A DNA stretch of 60,872 nt, filler included. It is 3 parts of 3 records of this genome, joined end to end, with 100 filler letters (N's around TTAATTAATTAA, not from the genome) between each part and the next. Parts side by side here need not be neighbours in the genome. Positions count along the whole stretch, not along the records: positions 21,852 to 52,819 come from SRR31156797_2989; 2 more parts are not named here. One strand, written 5' to 3'. Positions 29,558 through 38,795 of this stretch are shown here, piece by piece; position 1 is the stretch's first letter, and each line of letters begins with the position of its first letter. A program made the position numbers and the translations under genes. Under the pieces are notes generated by a model. That model had not been told where the DNA came from. It worked only from the letters and a program-made list of their open reading frames with translations, and searched no databases.

Positions 29558-31441
29558 ATGGGTAACCATACAATTCGTTTTTTACCAGCAGATCGGTCCG
29601 TCCACGTGGCGGACGATACATCCATCGCAGAGGCGGCCCAGCAAGCCGATGTGTTTATTACCAATCTCTGTGGTGGCGAAGGGGTCTGCGGCAAATGCCG
29701 TGTACAGGTGACCAAAGGCCGTGCCCATGCCGAAGAGCATGCAAAGGGTTTTTTCTCCCAGGATCAAATCATGAAAGGGTATGTCCTGGCCTGCCAGACC
29801 CGGATCCATGATGATCTGGAAATCATCATTCCGGCGGAATCCCGTGTGGATGCCTCCAAGATCATGACCGGCGGGGAAAGCCAGGCCACGGCCGATTTGG
29901 AACTTGACCCCCTCGTCAAAAAGTTCTATCTGGCTCTTTCAGCACCCACCGTTGAAGACAATGTGCCGGATGTGGAACGGATCGCCCGGGAACTACGAAA
30001 AGAGCTGGGGTGGCATACCTTTGATATTCCGCTGGACTGCTTGCAACACCTTTCCACCAAGCTGCGGGAAAACGACTGGAAGGTGACCTTGACGGTGGCC
30101 AGGCATGGAGAAAACTATCGAATTCTGCGGATTGAACCCTTTGATACGGTCCAGTCCCATTATGGCCTGGCCGTGGACGTGGGAACCACCACCGTGGTGG
30201 CCCAGTTGCTGGATTTAAACACCGGCGAGGTACTGGATGTGGAGGGGTGCCACAACAAACAGGCCAGTTTTGGTGAAGACGTTATTTCGCGCGTCATATT
30301 TGCCTGCGGCAAAGGGGGGCTGGATCCGGTGCAACAGGCGGTTGTCAAAAATATCAACACCCTGATCAAAAGACTTGTGAAGAAGCGGGGAATTTCCCGT
30401 GAAGAGATCGACGTTATTGTTGCGGCCGGCAACACCACCATGAGCCACCTGCTCCTGGGGTTGACGCCCTGCTCCATCCGCCTGGATCCCTATGTGCCCA
30501 CCACCGACGAATTCCCCCAAATCCGGGCTTCCGAGATCGGCATCCGCATCAATTCCCGGGGGATACTGGAAGTCATGCCCTGCGTGGCCTCTTATGTGGG
30601 GGGAGACATCGTGGCGGGTGTTCTGGCAAGCGGCATATGGGAACATGAAGAGGTCAAGTGTCTCATCGACATCGGCACCAACGGTGAAATCGCCATCGGC
30701 AACCGGGACTGGCTGGTGTGCTGCTCAGCTTCCGCGGGTCCCGCCTTTGAGGGGGGGGGGACCCGTTGCGGCATGCGGGCCACCGACGGCGCCATCGAGA
30801 AAGTGGTCATCGAAAACGGTGAACTGCACTATGAAACCATTGGCGGCAAAAAACCCCGTGGAATCTGTGGTTCCGGGCTTATCGACTGCATTTATGAACT
30901 GGTGCGAAACAACATCATCGGCCAGGACGGCAAATTTGACCGGCAACGGGAAGACGCCCGCATGGAAGTTGAAGACGGTATTCCCGAATACATCATTGCC
31001 TACGCCCATGAAACGGAAACCGCCGCCAATGTGGTCATCACCGAATCGGATATCGACAACCTCATCAAAAGCAAAGGTGCCGTATTCGCAGCCATTAAGT
31101 CCCTCATGGATTATATCGGGCTGGGCTTCGACACCATTGACACCCTGTATGTGGCGGGAGGGTTCGGCAGCTTCCTGAATATTCCAAAGTCGGTGGCTAT
31201 CGGACTTCTGCCCGATATACCGCTTGAGAAAATCAAATTCATCGGCAACAGTTCCCTTACGGGGGCACGGGCCTCTCTTCTTTCAGCGGGTGCATTTGAA
31301 ACCTGCCTGAATATTTCCAGGTCCATGACCAACATTGAACTATCCACCCATCAGCCCTTTTCCGACGAATATATTGCAGCCCTTTTTCTGCCCCATACGG
31401 ATGGTAAACTTTTCCCTTCGGTAACTTACGCCAAAAAATAA
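29558..31441 (+). CDS. RACo/DUF4445 ASKHA ATPase with N-terminal [2Fe-2S] (reductive activator of corrinoid proteins, AcsV/RamA-like)
   Basis: CGGEGVCGKC...LAC; AVDVGTTTVV; GEDVISR; GNTTM; SYVGGDI; IDIGTNGE; AGPAFEG; GICGSG; AGGFG; GNSSL. Confidence 0.88.
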   Translation: MGNHTIRFLPADRSVHVADDTSIAEAAQQADVFITNLCGGEGVCGKCRVQVTKGRAHAEEHAKGFFSQDQIMKGYVLACQTRIHDDLEIIIPAESRVDASKIMTGGESQATADLELDPLVKKFYLALSAPTVEDNVPDVERIARELRKELGWHTFDIPLDCLQHLSTKLRENDWKVTLTVARHGENYRILRIEPFDTVQSHYGLAVDVGTTTVVAQLLDLNTGEVLDVEGCHNKQASFGEDVISRVIFACGKGGLDPVQQAVVKNINTLIKRLVKKRGISREEIDVIVAAGNTTMSHLLLGLTPCSIRLDPYVPTTDEFPQIRASEIGIRINSRGILEVMPCVASYVGGDIVAGVLASGIWEHEEVKCLIDIGTNGEIAIGNRDWLVCCSASAGPAFEGGGTRCGMRATDGAIEKVVIENGELHYETIGGKKPRGICGSGLIDCIYELVRNNIIGQDGKFDRQREDARMEVEDGIPEYIIAYAHETETAANVVITESDIDNLIKSKGAVFAAIKSLMDYIGLGFDTIDTLYVAGGFGSFLNIPKSVAIGLLPDIPLEKIKFIGNSSLTGARASLLSAGAFETCLNISRSMTNIELSTHQPFSDEYIAALFLPHTDGKLFPSVTYAKK

Positions 31442-31451
31442 TACCCGGGAG

Positions 31452-31925
31452 GTGAAAATGGATCACGACGAAATCAAACAAGTCCTGGAGAGATGTGAAT
31501 TCTTTAAGGGGCTTCAAGAACCTTACATCAAGAACATCATCGGTCTGTGCCGGATAGAAAATTACGAACCGGGGGAATATGTTTTCTGCCAGGGGGATTT
31601 CGGTGAATATCTTTACGTGATCGCCGAAGGACACGTAGCCCTGGAACGGTCCATGGACCTGGGAACCCGCAAGGGGAACGCCGTAATCGGACTTTTGGGA
31701 AAAGGGCGGGCCATGGGATGTTGGTCGACCCTGTTGGGCCAGCCCCACACCCTCATGAGTTCGGCCGTATGCCGGAAACCCACAACGGTGGTCAGCTTCA
31801 AGGGAACGGAGTTGAGAGAAATCATGATGGGCAACCATGACCTGGGATTCAGCCTGATGGAAAGCCTCTGTTTTCTCCTTCGGGACCGGCTTCACGGAGC
31901 ACTGGGCGCCATGGAAAATATTTAA
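31452..31925 (+). CDS. Stand-alone cyclic-nucleotide-binding (Crp-type) domain protein, no HTH
   Basis: FFKGL...YEPGEYVFCQGDFGEYLYVIAEGHV...GWSTL; phosphate-binding cassette is degenerate. Confidence 0.75.
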   Translation: MKMDHDEIKQVLERCEFFKGLQEPYIKNIIGLCRIENYEPGEYVFCQGDFGEYLYVIAEGHVALERSMDLGTRKGNAVIGLLGKGRAMGCWSTLLGQPHTLMSSAVCRKPTTVVSFKGTELREIMMGNHDLGFSLMESLCFLLRDRLHGALGAMENI

Positions 31926-31930
31926 TGGAG

Positions 31931-32029
31931 ATGGCTCATGGCTCTTGGCTCATGGCTGATGGCTCTTGGCTAACAACCATGAGCTATGAGCCATCAGCTA
32001 TGAGCCATGAGCTATGAACTATGAGCTAA
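31931..32029. repeat. Inverted array of tandem heptamers: (WTGGCTS)x6 followed by (SARCYAT)x8
   Basis: atggctc atggctc ttggctc atggctg atggctc ttggcta a caaccat gagctat gagccat cagctat gagccat gagctat gaactat gagctaa. Confidence 0.9.
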
Positions 32030-32043
32030 CAACGGAGATTGTT

Positions 32044-32571
32044 GTGGATGACGACATTCGCGCCCGGGAAGCGGCCATGCTGGTGGATATTGAGGACCGG
32101 CTTCAAGGGTTTCTAAAAGAAAGAAAAAACCTGATTCCCATGCTTCAGATGATCCAGGACCGGCACGCCTACCTGTCGCCCGATGCCCTTCAAATGGTGG
32201 CCGATTCCCTTGAACTGGCCCTGTGCGAGGTCTATGGCGTGGCGACCTTCTATAACCAGTTCCGGTTTCACCCGCCGGGAAAACACCACATGAAGGTATG
32301 CCTGGGTACCGCCTGCCATGTGAGGGGGGGCGACATCATTCTGGAGAATTTTGAACGAAAGCTGGGGATAGGCCATGGGGAAACCACCCCGGACCGGGAA
32401 TTCAGCATTGAACGGGTGGCCTGCGTGGGGTGCTGTGCCCTGGCCCCGGTGGTGATTGTGGATGAGACGGCTCACGGTCATGTGGCCCCCAGTAAGGTGG
32501 AAGGGCTGATCCTGGGATTTCAGATCGAAAAGGAAAAACAGGCGCGGGAAAAACAGGAAAATGGATCCTAA
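32044..32571 (+). CDS. NuoE/HydC-like [2Fe-2S] subunit
   Basis: LIPMLQMIQ, VYGVATFYNQF, VCLGTACHVRG, VACVGCCALAPV. GTG start after GGAG preferred, because ATG 32014 lies inside the repeat. Confidence 0.88.
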   Translation: MDDDIRAREAAMLVDIEDRLQGFLKERKNLIPMLQMIQDRHAYLSPDALQMVADSLELALCEVYGVATFYNQFRFHPPGKHHMKVCLGTACHVRGGDIILENFERKLGIGHGETTPDREFSIERVACVGCCALAPVVIVDETAHGHVAPSKVEGLILGFQIEKEKQAREKQENGS

Positions 32572-34486
32572 CAATCAAACCAATCCGGAAGAGGCCTTTG
32601 CACCCATTCGGGAAAAGGCTTTGGCAAAGCGGGAAACGATGGCAGATTCTTCCAGTCCCGTGATCCACATCGGCATGGCCACCTGCGGTATTGCGTCGGG
32701 GGCACTGGAAACCAAAGCGGCCTTTGAGGAAGCACTGGCTGAGCGGAATATGGAGGCCCGCATCCATTCGGTGGGCTGCATCGGACATTGCTATGCGGAA
32801 CCGGTGGTAATCATCGAAAACCCCGGTTTCCCTGCCATCCTGTACCACCAGGTGACCCCGGGAAAAGCCCGGATGCTGGTAAAATCCTTCCTGGAAAAAG
32901 GAGACCCCCTTTTTGAATATGTCATGGGGGCCATGGTTGAAAACGACATGATTCCCCAGGTCTGGGATTTTCCACGGTTTAACATGGAAAAGCGCCTGGT
33001 CATGGAAAAATGTGGGAGGGTGGACCCCGAAGAGATCGATGATTACGTGGCCCATGGGGGGTACGGCGCTCTGGTCAAGGCCCTTCAATCTTCGCCGGAG
33101 ACGATCATCGGGGAAATCAAAGCGGCCGGCCTGCGGGGCAGAGGCGGTGCGGGCTTTCCCACAGGACGTAAATGGGAACTGGCGGCAAAGGCCCAAGGGG
33201 ACGAAAAGACCGTCATCTGCAATGCCGACGAAGGGGATCCCGGGGCCTACATGGACCGAACCATATTGGAAAGCAACCCCCACCAGGTGCTGGAAGGGAT
33301 CATTATCTGCGCCCATGCGGTGGGGGCCCAAAAGGCCATTGTTTATGTGAGGGCGGAATATCCCCTTGCCGTCAAAATGGTGACCCGGGCCATAAGCCAG
33401 GCTGAAGAGTTGGGACTTCTGGGAAATCATGTGCTGGGTTGTCCATTTAACCTTCACGTGGCGGTTTTTCAGGGTTCCGGGGCCTTTGTGTGCGGCGAGG
33501 AAACGGCACTCATTCAATCCATCGAAGGCCGTCGCGGCATGCCCACCTACCGTCCCCCTTTTCCGGTTCAAAAAGGGCTTTGGGGTCAACCCACCGTCAT
33601 CAACAATGTAAAGACCTTTGCAACGATTCCTTCCCTGATAACCCGGGGGGCCCATCGGTTTCGGGAAATCGGAACGGAAAAAAGCCCGGGCACCGCCATC
33701 TTTTCCGTGGTGGGGAATGTGCGACATGCGGGGCTGGTGGAAATCCCCATGGGTGTGGATCTGCGCACCCTGGTTTTTGATACCTGCGGCGGCGTTCCCG
33801 ACAAAAAAAGTTTCAAAGCCGTTCAGATCGGCGGACCTTCCGGGGGTTGCCTGCCATCTGACTTCCTGGACACCCCCATTGATTTCGATTCCTTGACCAA
33901 AGCCGGGGCCATGATGGGTTCCGGCGGCATGGTGGTCATGGATGAAGACACCTGCATGGTGGACGTGGCCCGGTATTTCCTGGATTTCACCCAGAAGGAA
34001 TCGTGCGGAAAATGTACCTTCTGCCGGGTGGGCACCCACCACCTGCTGGAAATTCTGGTTCGCATCACCAAGGGTGAAGGGCGAGAGGGAGACCTGGAAA
34101 TTCTGGAAACCCTCAGTGAAGACATCAAAGGGGGATCCCTTTGCGGCCTGGGGAAAACAGCCCCCAATCCGGTACTGACGTCGTTGAGATATTTCAGGGA
34201 TGAATATGAGGCCCACATCAAGGAAAAACGGTGCCCGGCCTGCATGTGCCGGGATTTGACGGCTTTTTACATCGATCTGGACAAGTGTGCCCGGGGTTGC
34301 GACGCGTGCGTGGGCTGTTGCCCCGTGGAAGCCATTTTTACCACCCGCAATCGAAAAAAAGGGGTCGACCAGACCCTTTGCGTCAAATGCGGTGAATGCG
34401 TGACCGCCTGCCCGCCGGAATATAATGCGGTTGTAAAGGTATCACCGCCGAATCTGGCGCCTATTGTGGAACGACCGGCGGATTAG
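32561..34486 (+). CDS. NuoF/HydB-like FMN/NADH subunit, long (bifurcating-type) form
   Basis: N-terminal Trx-like Fe-S (VGCIGHCYAEP), GLRGRGGAGFPTG, NADEGDPGAYMDR, GAFVCGEETAL, GGPSGG, ESCGKCTFCRVG, SLCGLG, HIKEKRCPACMC, two C-terminal 4Fe-4S motifs. Confidence 0.9.
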   Translation: MDPNNQTNPEEAFAPIREKALAKRETMADSSSPVIHIGMATCGIASGALETKAAFEEALAERNMEARIHSVGCIGHCYAEPVVIIENPGFPAILYHQVTPGKARMLVKSFLEKGDPLFEYVMGAMVENDMIPQVWDFPRFNMEKRLVMEKCGRVDPEEIDDYVAHGGYGALVKALQSSPETIIGEIKAAGLRGRGGAGFPTGRKWELAAKAQGDEKTVICNADEGDPGAYMDRTILESNPHQVLEGIIICAHAVGAQKAIVYVRAEYPLAVKMVTRAISQAEELGLLGNHVLGCPFNLHVAVFQGSGAFVCGEETALIQSIEGRRGMPTYRPPFPVQKGLWGQPTVINNVKTFATIPSLITRGAHRFREIGTEKSPGTAIFSVVGNVRHAGLVEIPMGVDLRTLVFDTCGGVPDKKSFKAVQIGGPSGGCLPSDFLDTPIDFDSLTKAGAMMGSGGMVVMDEDTCMVDVARYFLDFTQKESCGKCTFCRVGTHHLLEILVRITKGEGREGDLEILETLSEDIKGGSLCGLGKTAPNPVLTSLRYFRDEYEAHIKEKRCPACMCRDLTAFYIDLDKCARGCDACVGCCPVEAIFTTRNRKKGVDQTLCVKCGECVTACPPEYNAVVKVSPPNLAPIVERPAD

Positions 34487-34521
34487 TTAGTTTTTGGCTG
34501 TTAGCTGATGGCTGACGGCAA
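34487..34521. repeat. Short tandem heptamer array (WTRGCTG), related to the 31931 element
   Basis: ttagttt ttggctg ttagctg atggctg acggcaa, between the nuoF-like and nuoG-like genes. Confidence 0.6.
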
Positions 34522-34537
34522 CTGAAAGAGCAACATC

Positions 34538-35188
34538 ATGATGAAAATAATTGTAGACAACATGGAAATTCGGGCTGAGAAGGGCGAAAATCTACTCAAG
34601 ACCTGCCTTTTGAACGATATTTACATTCCCAACCTCTGCTACCTGGAATCGCTGGAGCATCCCCCCGCTTCCTGCCGACTCTGTTTTGTCGACATCGAAG
34701 GGCATCATGAGCCGGTCCCCTCTTGTCAGATGAAAGTGGTTGAAAATATGGTGGTAACGACCGACACACCGGCGGTAAGACGGCTGCAGCGGACAGCCCT
34801 GGAGCTGCTGTTGTCCGTGCACCATGTGGATTGCGGCAATTGCCCGGCCAACAAGAAATGTGAGCTGCAAAAAATCGCCCGTTTTTTGAAAGTGGGACTC
34901 AAATCCAAACGGTTGGAACGTTTCCTGAAAGATCAGGAAACAATGGATGATCATCCTTTTCTAAACCACCATCCCAACCGATGCGTCCTGTGCGGCAAAT
35001 GCATTCAGGTCTGTCGCCAGGCCCACGGCACACCTCTTATGGACTTTGCCGACCGGGGGTTTAAAACGCTCATCCGGTTTTATGGACAACAAACGGCAAA
35101 TCCCGTTCCCTGCGAAAAATGCCGAAGCTGCATGAGCATCTGCCCCGTGGGGGCCCTCACCCTGAAAACCGAGACAGATGCCATTTAA
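34538..35188 (+). CDS. NuoG N-terminal-like Fe-S subunit (HoxU/BamI-like), no catalytic domain
   Basis: IPNLC..CRLC..PSC (2Fe-2S), HHVDCGNCPANKKC, CVLCGKCIQVC, CEKCRSCMSICPVGAL; ends at 216 aa. Confidence 0.85.
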   Translation: MMKIIVDNMEIRAEKGENLLKTCLLNDIYIPNLCYLESLEHPPASCRLCFVDIEGHHEPVPSCQMKVVENMVVTTDTPAVRRLQRTALELLLSVHHVDCGNCPANKKCELQKIARFLKVGLKSKRLERFLKDQETMDDHPFLNHHPNRCVLCGKCIQVCRQAHGTPLMDFADRGFKTLIRFYGQQTANPVPCEKCRSCMSICPVGALTLKTETDAI

Positions 35189-35216
35189 ACCTAAAAGCTT
35201 GAAAAAAAGTGATGTC

Positions 35217-36206
35217 ATGCTAGACATCGGTACGCTCACCCTCAAGAACCGGCTCATCATGGCCCCCATGGCAGGGATCACCAATCCCCCTTTTCGGCGG
35301 ATCGTCAGACGATTGGGAGCCGGCCTGGTGGTCACTGAGATGGTCAGCGCCGTAGGGCTTTCCCGGAACCACGAAAAGACCCTGCGATACCTTAAAAGTG
35401 ACCCGGAGGAAAAGCCCCTTTCGGTACAGATATTCGGCGCGGAACCTGAAATCATGGCCATGGCAGCTGAAATCGCCATTGAAAACGGCGCCGACCTGGT
35501 GGACATCAATATGGGGTGTCCCGCCAGAAAGGTGATCAAAAACGGTTCCGGCGGCGCCCTTCTTAGAAACCCGGTTGCGGTGCACCAAATGGTGAAAGCC
35601 GTCCGCAAAGCCTGCACGGTTCCCTTGACCGTGAAAATACGGGCCGGATGGTCGGCCGAGGAGGCTAATTTTCTTGAAATCGCCGGCATCATAGAAGATT
35701 GCGGTGCCGATGCCGTTACCGTCCACCCCAGATTTGTCAAACAGGGATTTTCCGGACAGGCGGACTGGCGCATCATTCGGCAAGTCAAGGAGAAAGTGAC
35801 CATCCCCGTCATCGGCAACGGTGACGTATTTAAACCGGAGCTGGCCCTCCAAATGCGGAAAGAGACAGGATGTGACGGGGTGATGATCGGTCGCGGCGCT
35901 TTGGGCAATCCTTGGATATTCCGGCATATTCTGGATCTTGAGAAAGGTCTTGAAGTACGTCCGCCCGAACTATCCGAGAGAAAAGAAATCATCCTTTCGC
36001 ATTTCACGCATCTCTCACAAATAATAGGCGAAGAGAGGGCCTCTAAATTGATGCGCGGCCAACTTTTGTGGTACACGAAGGGACTCCCCCACAGCAGCCG
36101 GTTTAGGGGAGCGTTTACCGGCATCAGGGATGTTCATACCATGATGGCGGCACTGGACCGGTACTTTGAGGCGCTCATGGAAAGTCCGGAAAATGTCAGG
36201 AGATAA
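35217..36206 (+). CDS. dusB: tRNA-dihydrouridine synthase B
   Basis: LIMAPMAG, VTEMVS, DINMGCP, VKIRAGW, VIGNGD, GVMIGRG, GNPWIF; start may be 35178. Confidence 0.92.
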   Translation: MLDIGTLTLKNRLIMAPMAGITNPPFRRIVRRLGAGLVVTEMVSAVGLSRNHEKTLRYLKSDPEEKPLSVQIFGAEPEIMAMAAEIAIENGADLVDINMGCPARKVIKNGSGGALLRNPVAVHQMVKAVRKACTVPLTVKIRAGWSAEEANFLEIAGIIEDCGADAVTVHPRFVKQGFSGQADWRIIRQVKEKVTIPVIGNGDVFKPELALQMRKETGCDGVMIGRGALGNPWIFRHILDLEKGLEVRPPELSERKEIILSHFTHLSQIIGEERASKLMRGQLLWYTKGLPHSSRFRGAFTGIRDVHTMMAALDRYFEALMESPENVRR

Positions 36207-36212
36207 CACCCG

Positions 36213-37931
36213 ATGAAAGTGATCTTGGCCAAAACCGCCGGCTTCTGCATGGGCGTGCGGCGCGCCATGGAAATGGTTATGGCTGAATCCAACAAAAATG
36301 AAGGCCCCCTGTTTACATTCGGCCCCCTCATTCACAACAAACAGGTCCTGGACCTCCTTGAGGCCAAAGGTGTTAAGGCCACCGACGACACCAGGGGGCT
36401 TACCACCGGCCGTATCCTGATCCGCGCCCATGGAATCCCACCCCACGAACGGGAGATACTTCAGAATTCGGGGCTCAAGGTCATTGACGCCACATGTCCC
36501 AAAGTGACCCGGGTACAAGCCATTATCCGCCACCAGTCCAACAAGGACCGCCCTACCATCATCGTGGGGGACAAGGACCACGCTGAAGTAATCGGCCTCA
36601 TGGGCTACAGCAAGGAACCCGCTCACCTGATCGAGAAAAAGGCGGATGTGGCAAATCTTCCGCAACTGGAAAACCCCTTTGTGGTGGCACAAACCACGCA
36701 GGATGAGGAAGATTTCAAGGAAATCGTTTCGGCCCTACGATTGCGTTTCCCGGACATACAGGTCTTTGACACCATCTGCGATGCCACCCACGAACGCCAG
36801 GAGGAAGTTCGCACCTTCAAAGAGCAGGTGGAAGGGGTGGTTGTGGTAGGCGGCTTTCACAGCGCCAATACCCAGAGGCTGGCCAAGATATCCGAAGAGG
36901 AACATCTCCCCACCTTTCACGTGGAAACGGAAAAGGAACTGCCTCGTGAGGCCCTTTCCCAGATGAAGGTGATCGGTCTTACGGCCGGTGCTTCCACCCC
37001 TCACTGGCTCATCAAAAACGTGATGCAGGAAATTGAAGACATTCAAGGGCGGAAGGAGACACCCATTGTTCGTCGGATCAAAGGCGCTTTTCGGTTCCTG
37101 GTACTGAGCAACGTGTTCGCGGCGCTGGGTGCCTTCGGTTTTGCCTATGCGGTCCTGCGTCTTGCGGGTGGAACAACGGACCTGGTGTTCCCATTGATGG
37201 CGTCCCTATACATTTATGCCATGCATGTTTTCAACCGATTTCTGGACAAGGGGGCGGCCTCCTACAATGACCCGGATCGGGCCACATTTCAAAGGCAGCA
37301 CAAAAGCCTTTTGGTTATAATGGGATCCGTTGCCATGGGCATCGCCCTGATCCTGTCTTTGATAACGGGGTTCGGCATCTTTATGGCCCTTGTGGGCCTG
37401 AGTTTCTTGGGCTTGGCATACAGCATCCCCCTGATTCCCGAAGGGGCCGGAAACCGGTACCGATTTGTCAAGATAAAAGATATTCCCGGATCCCGAAGCC
37501 TGTCCGAAGCCCTCGCATGGGTGGCTGTCATGGTGCTTCTCCCCCTTTTCAGTGGTTCACCGGGCCCGGTTTTAAGCATTGCCGTTACAGCAATTGTCGT
37601 ATTTTCCTTCAGTTATGCCAGGGCTGTTATTTTCAGTCTGTTTCAACTTCAAGGGGACCTGATGGTGGGCACGGAAACCCTGCCCATCACATTGGGTGAA
37701 AAACGGACCCTCACCCTTTTCAAACGGATTCTTGTGAGTACGGCACTAATGTTGGTATGCAGTACCCTGTTGGGCCTGGTCGGTTCGATTTTCAACTTGA
37801 TGCTCATCCCCCTTTTGACCCTGCTCCTCTGTCTTTTCACCTTTGAAAAGCAATGGCTTTCCCCCGGAATCATCCTGGAGGGTCTGGTGGAAGGAAATTT
37901 TTTAATGGCAGGGTTTCTGATTTTGTTGTAG
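36213..37931 (+). CDS. ispH: 4-hydroxy-3-methylbut-2-enyl diphosphate reductase fused to a UbiA-like membrane domain
   Basis: AGFCMGV, LIHN, IRAHG, DATCPKV, HAEV, QTT, TICDATHERQ, SANT, TAGASTP; C-terminal ~290 aa multi-TM with NRFLD...NDPDR and GD...G.ETLP. Confidence 0.9.
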   Translation: MKVILAKTAGFCMGVRRAMEMVMAESNKNEGPLFTFGPLIHNKQVLDLLEAKGVKATDDTRGLTTGRILIRAHGIPPHEREILQNSGLKVIDATCPKVTRVQAIIRHQSNKDRPTIIVGDKDHAEVIGLMGYSKEPAHLIEKKADVANLPQLENPFVVAQTTQDEEDFKEIVSALRLRFPDIQVFDTICDATHERQEEVRTFKEQVEGVVVVGGFHSANTQRLAKISEEEHLPTFHVETEKELPREALSQMKVIGLTAGASTPHWLIKNVMQEIEDIQGRKETPIVRRIKGAFRFLVLSNVFAALGAFGFAYAVLRLAGGTTDLVFPLMASLYIYAMHVFNRFLDKGAASYNDPDRATFQRQHKSLLVIMGSVAMGIALILSLITGFGIFMALVGLSFLGLAYSIPLIPEGAGNRYRFVKIKDIPGSRSLSEALAWVAVMVLLPLFSGSPGPVLSIAVTAIVVFSFSYARAVIFSLFQLQGDLMVGTETLPITLGEKRTLTLFKRILVSTALMLVCSTLLGLVGSIFNLMLIPLLTLLLCLFTFEKQWLSPGIILEGLVEGNFLMAGFLILL

Positions 37932-37943
37932 AGAATTTTTAAA

Positions 37944-38795
37944 ATGGCAGCCGTCAGCGTTATCATCCCCACTTACAATCGCGCCGTAAAAACGGCCCGG
38001 GCCATTTCGTCGGTCCTCTACCAGCGCTTTACGGACCATGAAATCATTGTTGTGGACGACGGCTCAACGGACGAGACGGAAAGGTTGTTGCGCCAGTTCA
38101 ATAACCGCATCCGATATGTGACCCACAGGGCCAATGGAGGGGTTTCCGCCGCTCGAAATACGGGGTTGTCCGTTTCCAAATCGCCCCTGATCGCCTTTCT
38201 GGATTCCGATGACTATTGGCTCCCCGACAAACTGGCCGTGCAAAAAGCATTTTTTGACGAAAACCCCCATACCATGATCTGCCAGACCGAAGAGACATGG
38301 ATCCGGAACGGAAAACGCGCCAATCCCGGAAAGAGGCATTTGAAGCCTTCCGGAGACGTTTTTAAACCCTCACTTGAACTCTGCCTTGTGAGCCCCTCGG
38401 CGGTCATGCTCAAGCGGGAACTTCTTGAGGAGGTGGGTATTTTTGATGAGGGGTTGCCGGCCTGTGAAGATTATGATCTATGGCTCCGGATTGCTTGTCG
38501 CCACCCTGTTTTTCTGATTCAACAAAGACTCGTCATCAAAGAAGGGGGCCATGCGGATCAGTTATCCGCCCGCTTTAAAGGCATGGACCGATTCAGGATC
38601 AAGTCAATGGTAAAGCTGCTTCAGGAAAGCCCCCTGAATGAATGGCAAAAAAAAGCCACCATAAAAGAACTTTCCCGAAAATGTCGGATTTACGGCACGG
38701 GCTGCCTGAAACGGGGGAAGAAAGAGGAAGGGGCGTACTACCTTGAACTTCCGTCAACTTTTAAAACCACACGGGATCAAAAACCATGCTCCTGA
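37944..38795 (+). CDS. GT2 (GT-A) glycosyltransferase
   Basis: VSVIIPTYNR, VVDDGSTD, GVSAARN, AFLDSDD, CEDYDLWLR. Confidence 0.9.
   Translation: MAAVSVIIPTYNRAVKTARAISSVLYQRFTDHEIIVVDDGSTDETERLLRQFNNRIRYVTHRANGGVSAARNTGLSVSKSPLIAFLDSDDYWLPDKLAVQKAFFDENPHTMICQTEETWIRNGKRANPGKRHLKPSGDVFKPSLELCLVSPSAVMLKRELLEEVGIFDEGLPACEDYDLWLRIACRHPVFLIQQRLVIKEGGHADQLSARFKGMDRFRIKSMVKLLQESPLNEWQKKATIKELSRKCRIYGTGCLKRGKKEEGAYYLELPSTFKTTRDQKPCS

Noticed and set aside
31931-32029. CRISPR array
   Set aside because: Units are 7-bp tandem repeats with no unique spacers, and there are no cas genes in the window.
32402-34216. 604-aa antisense ORF and other long shadow ORFs (e.g. 34961-36124, 1312-2196, 10023-10826, 22722-23531)
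   Set aside because: They lie opposite well-supported conserved genes and have no recognisable motifs; typical antisense shadows.
32014-35188. Respiratory complex I or [FeFe]-hydrogenase
   Set aside because: No membrane nuo subunits, and the NuoG-like protein lacks H-cluster and molybdopterin domains.
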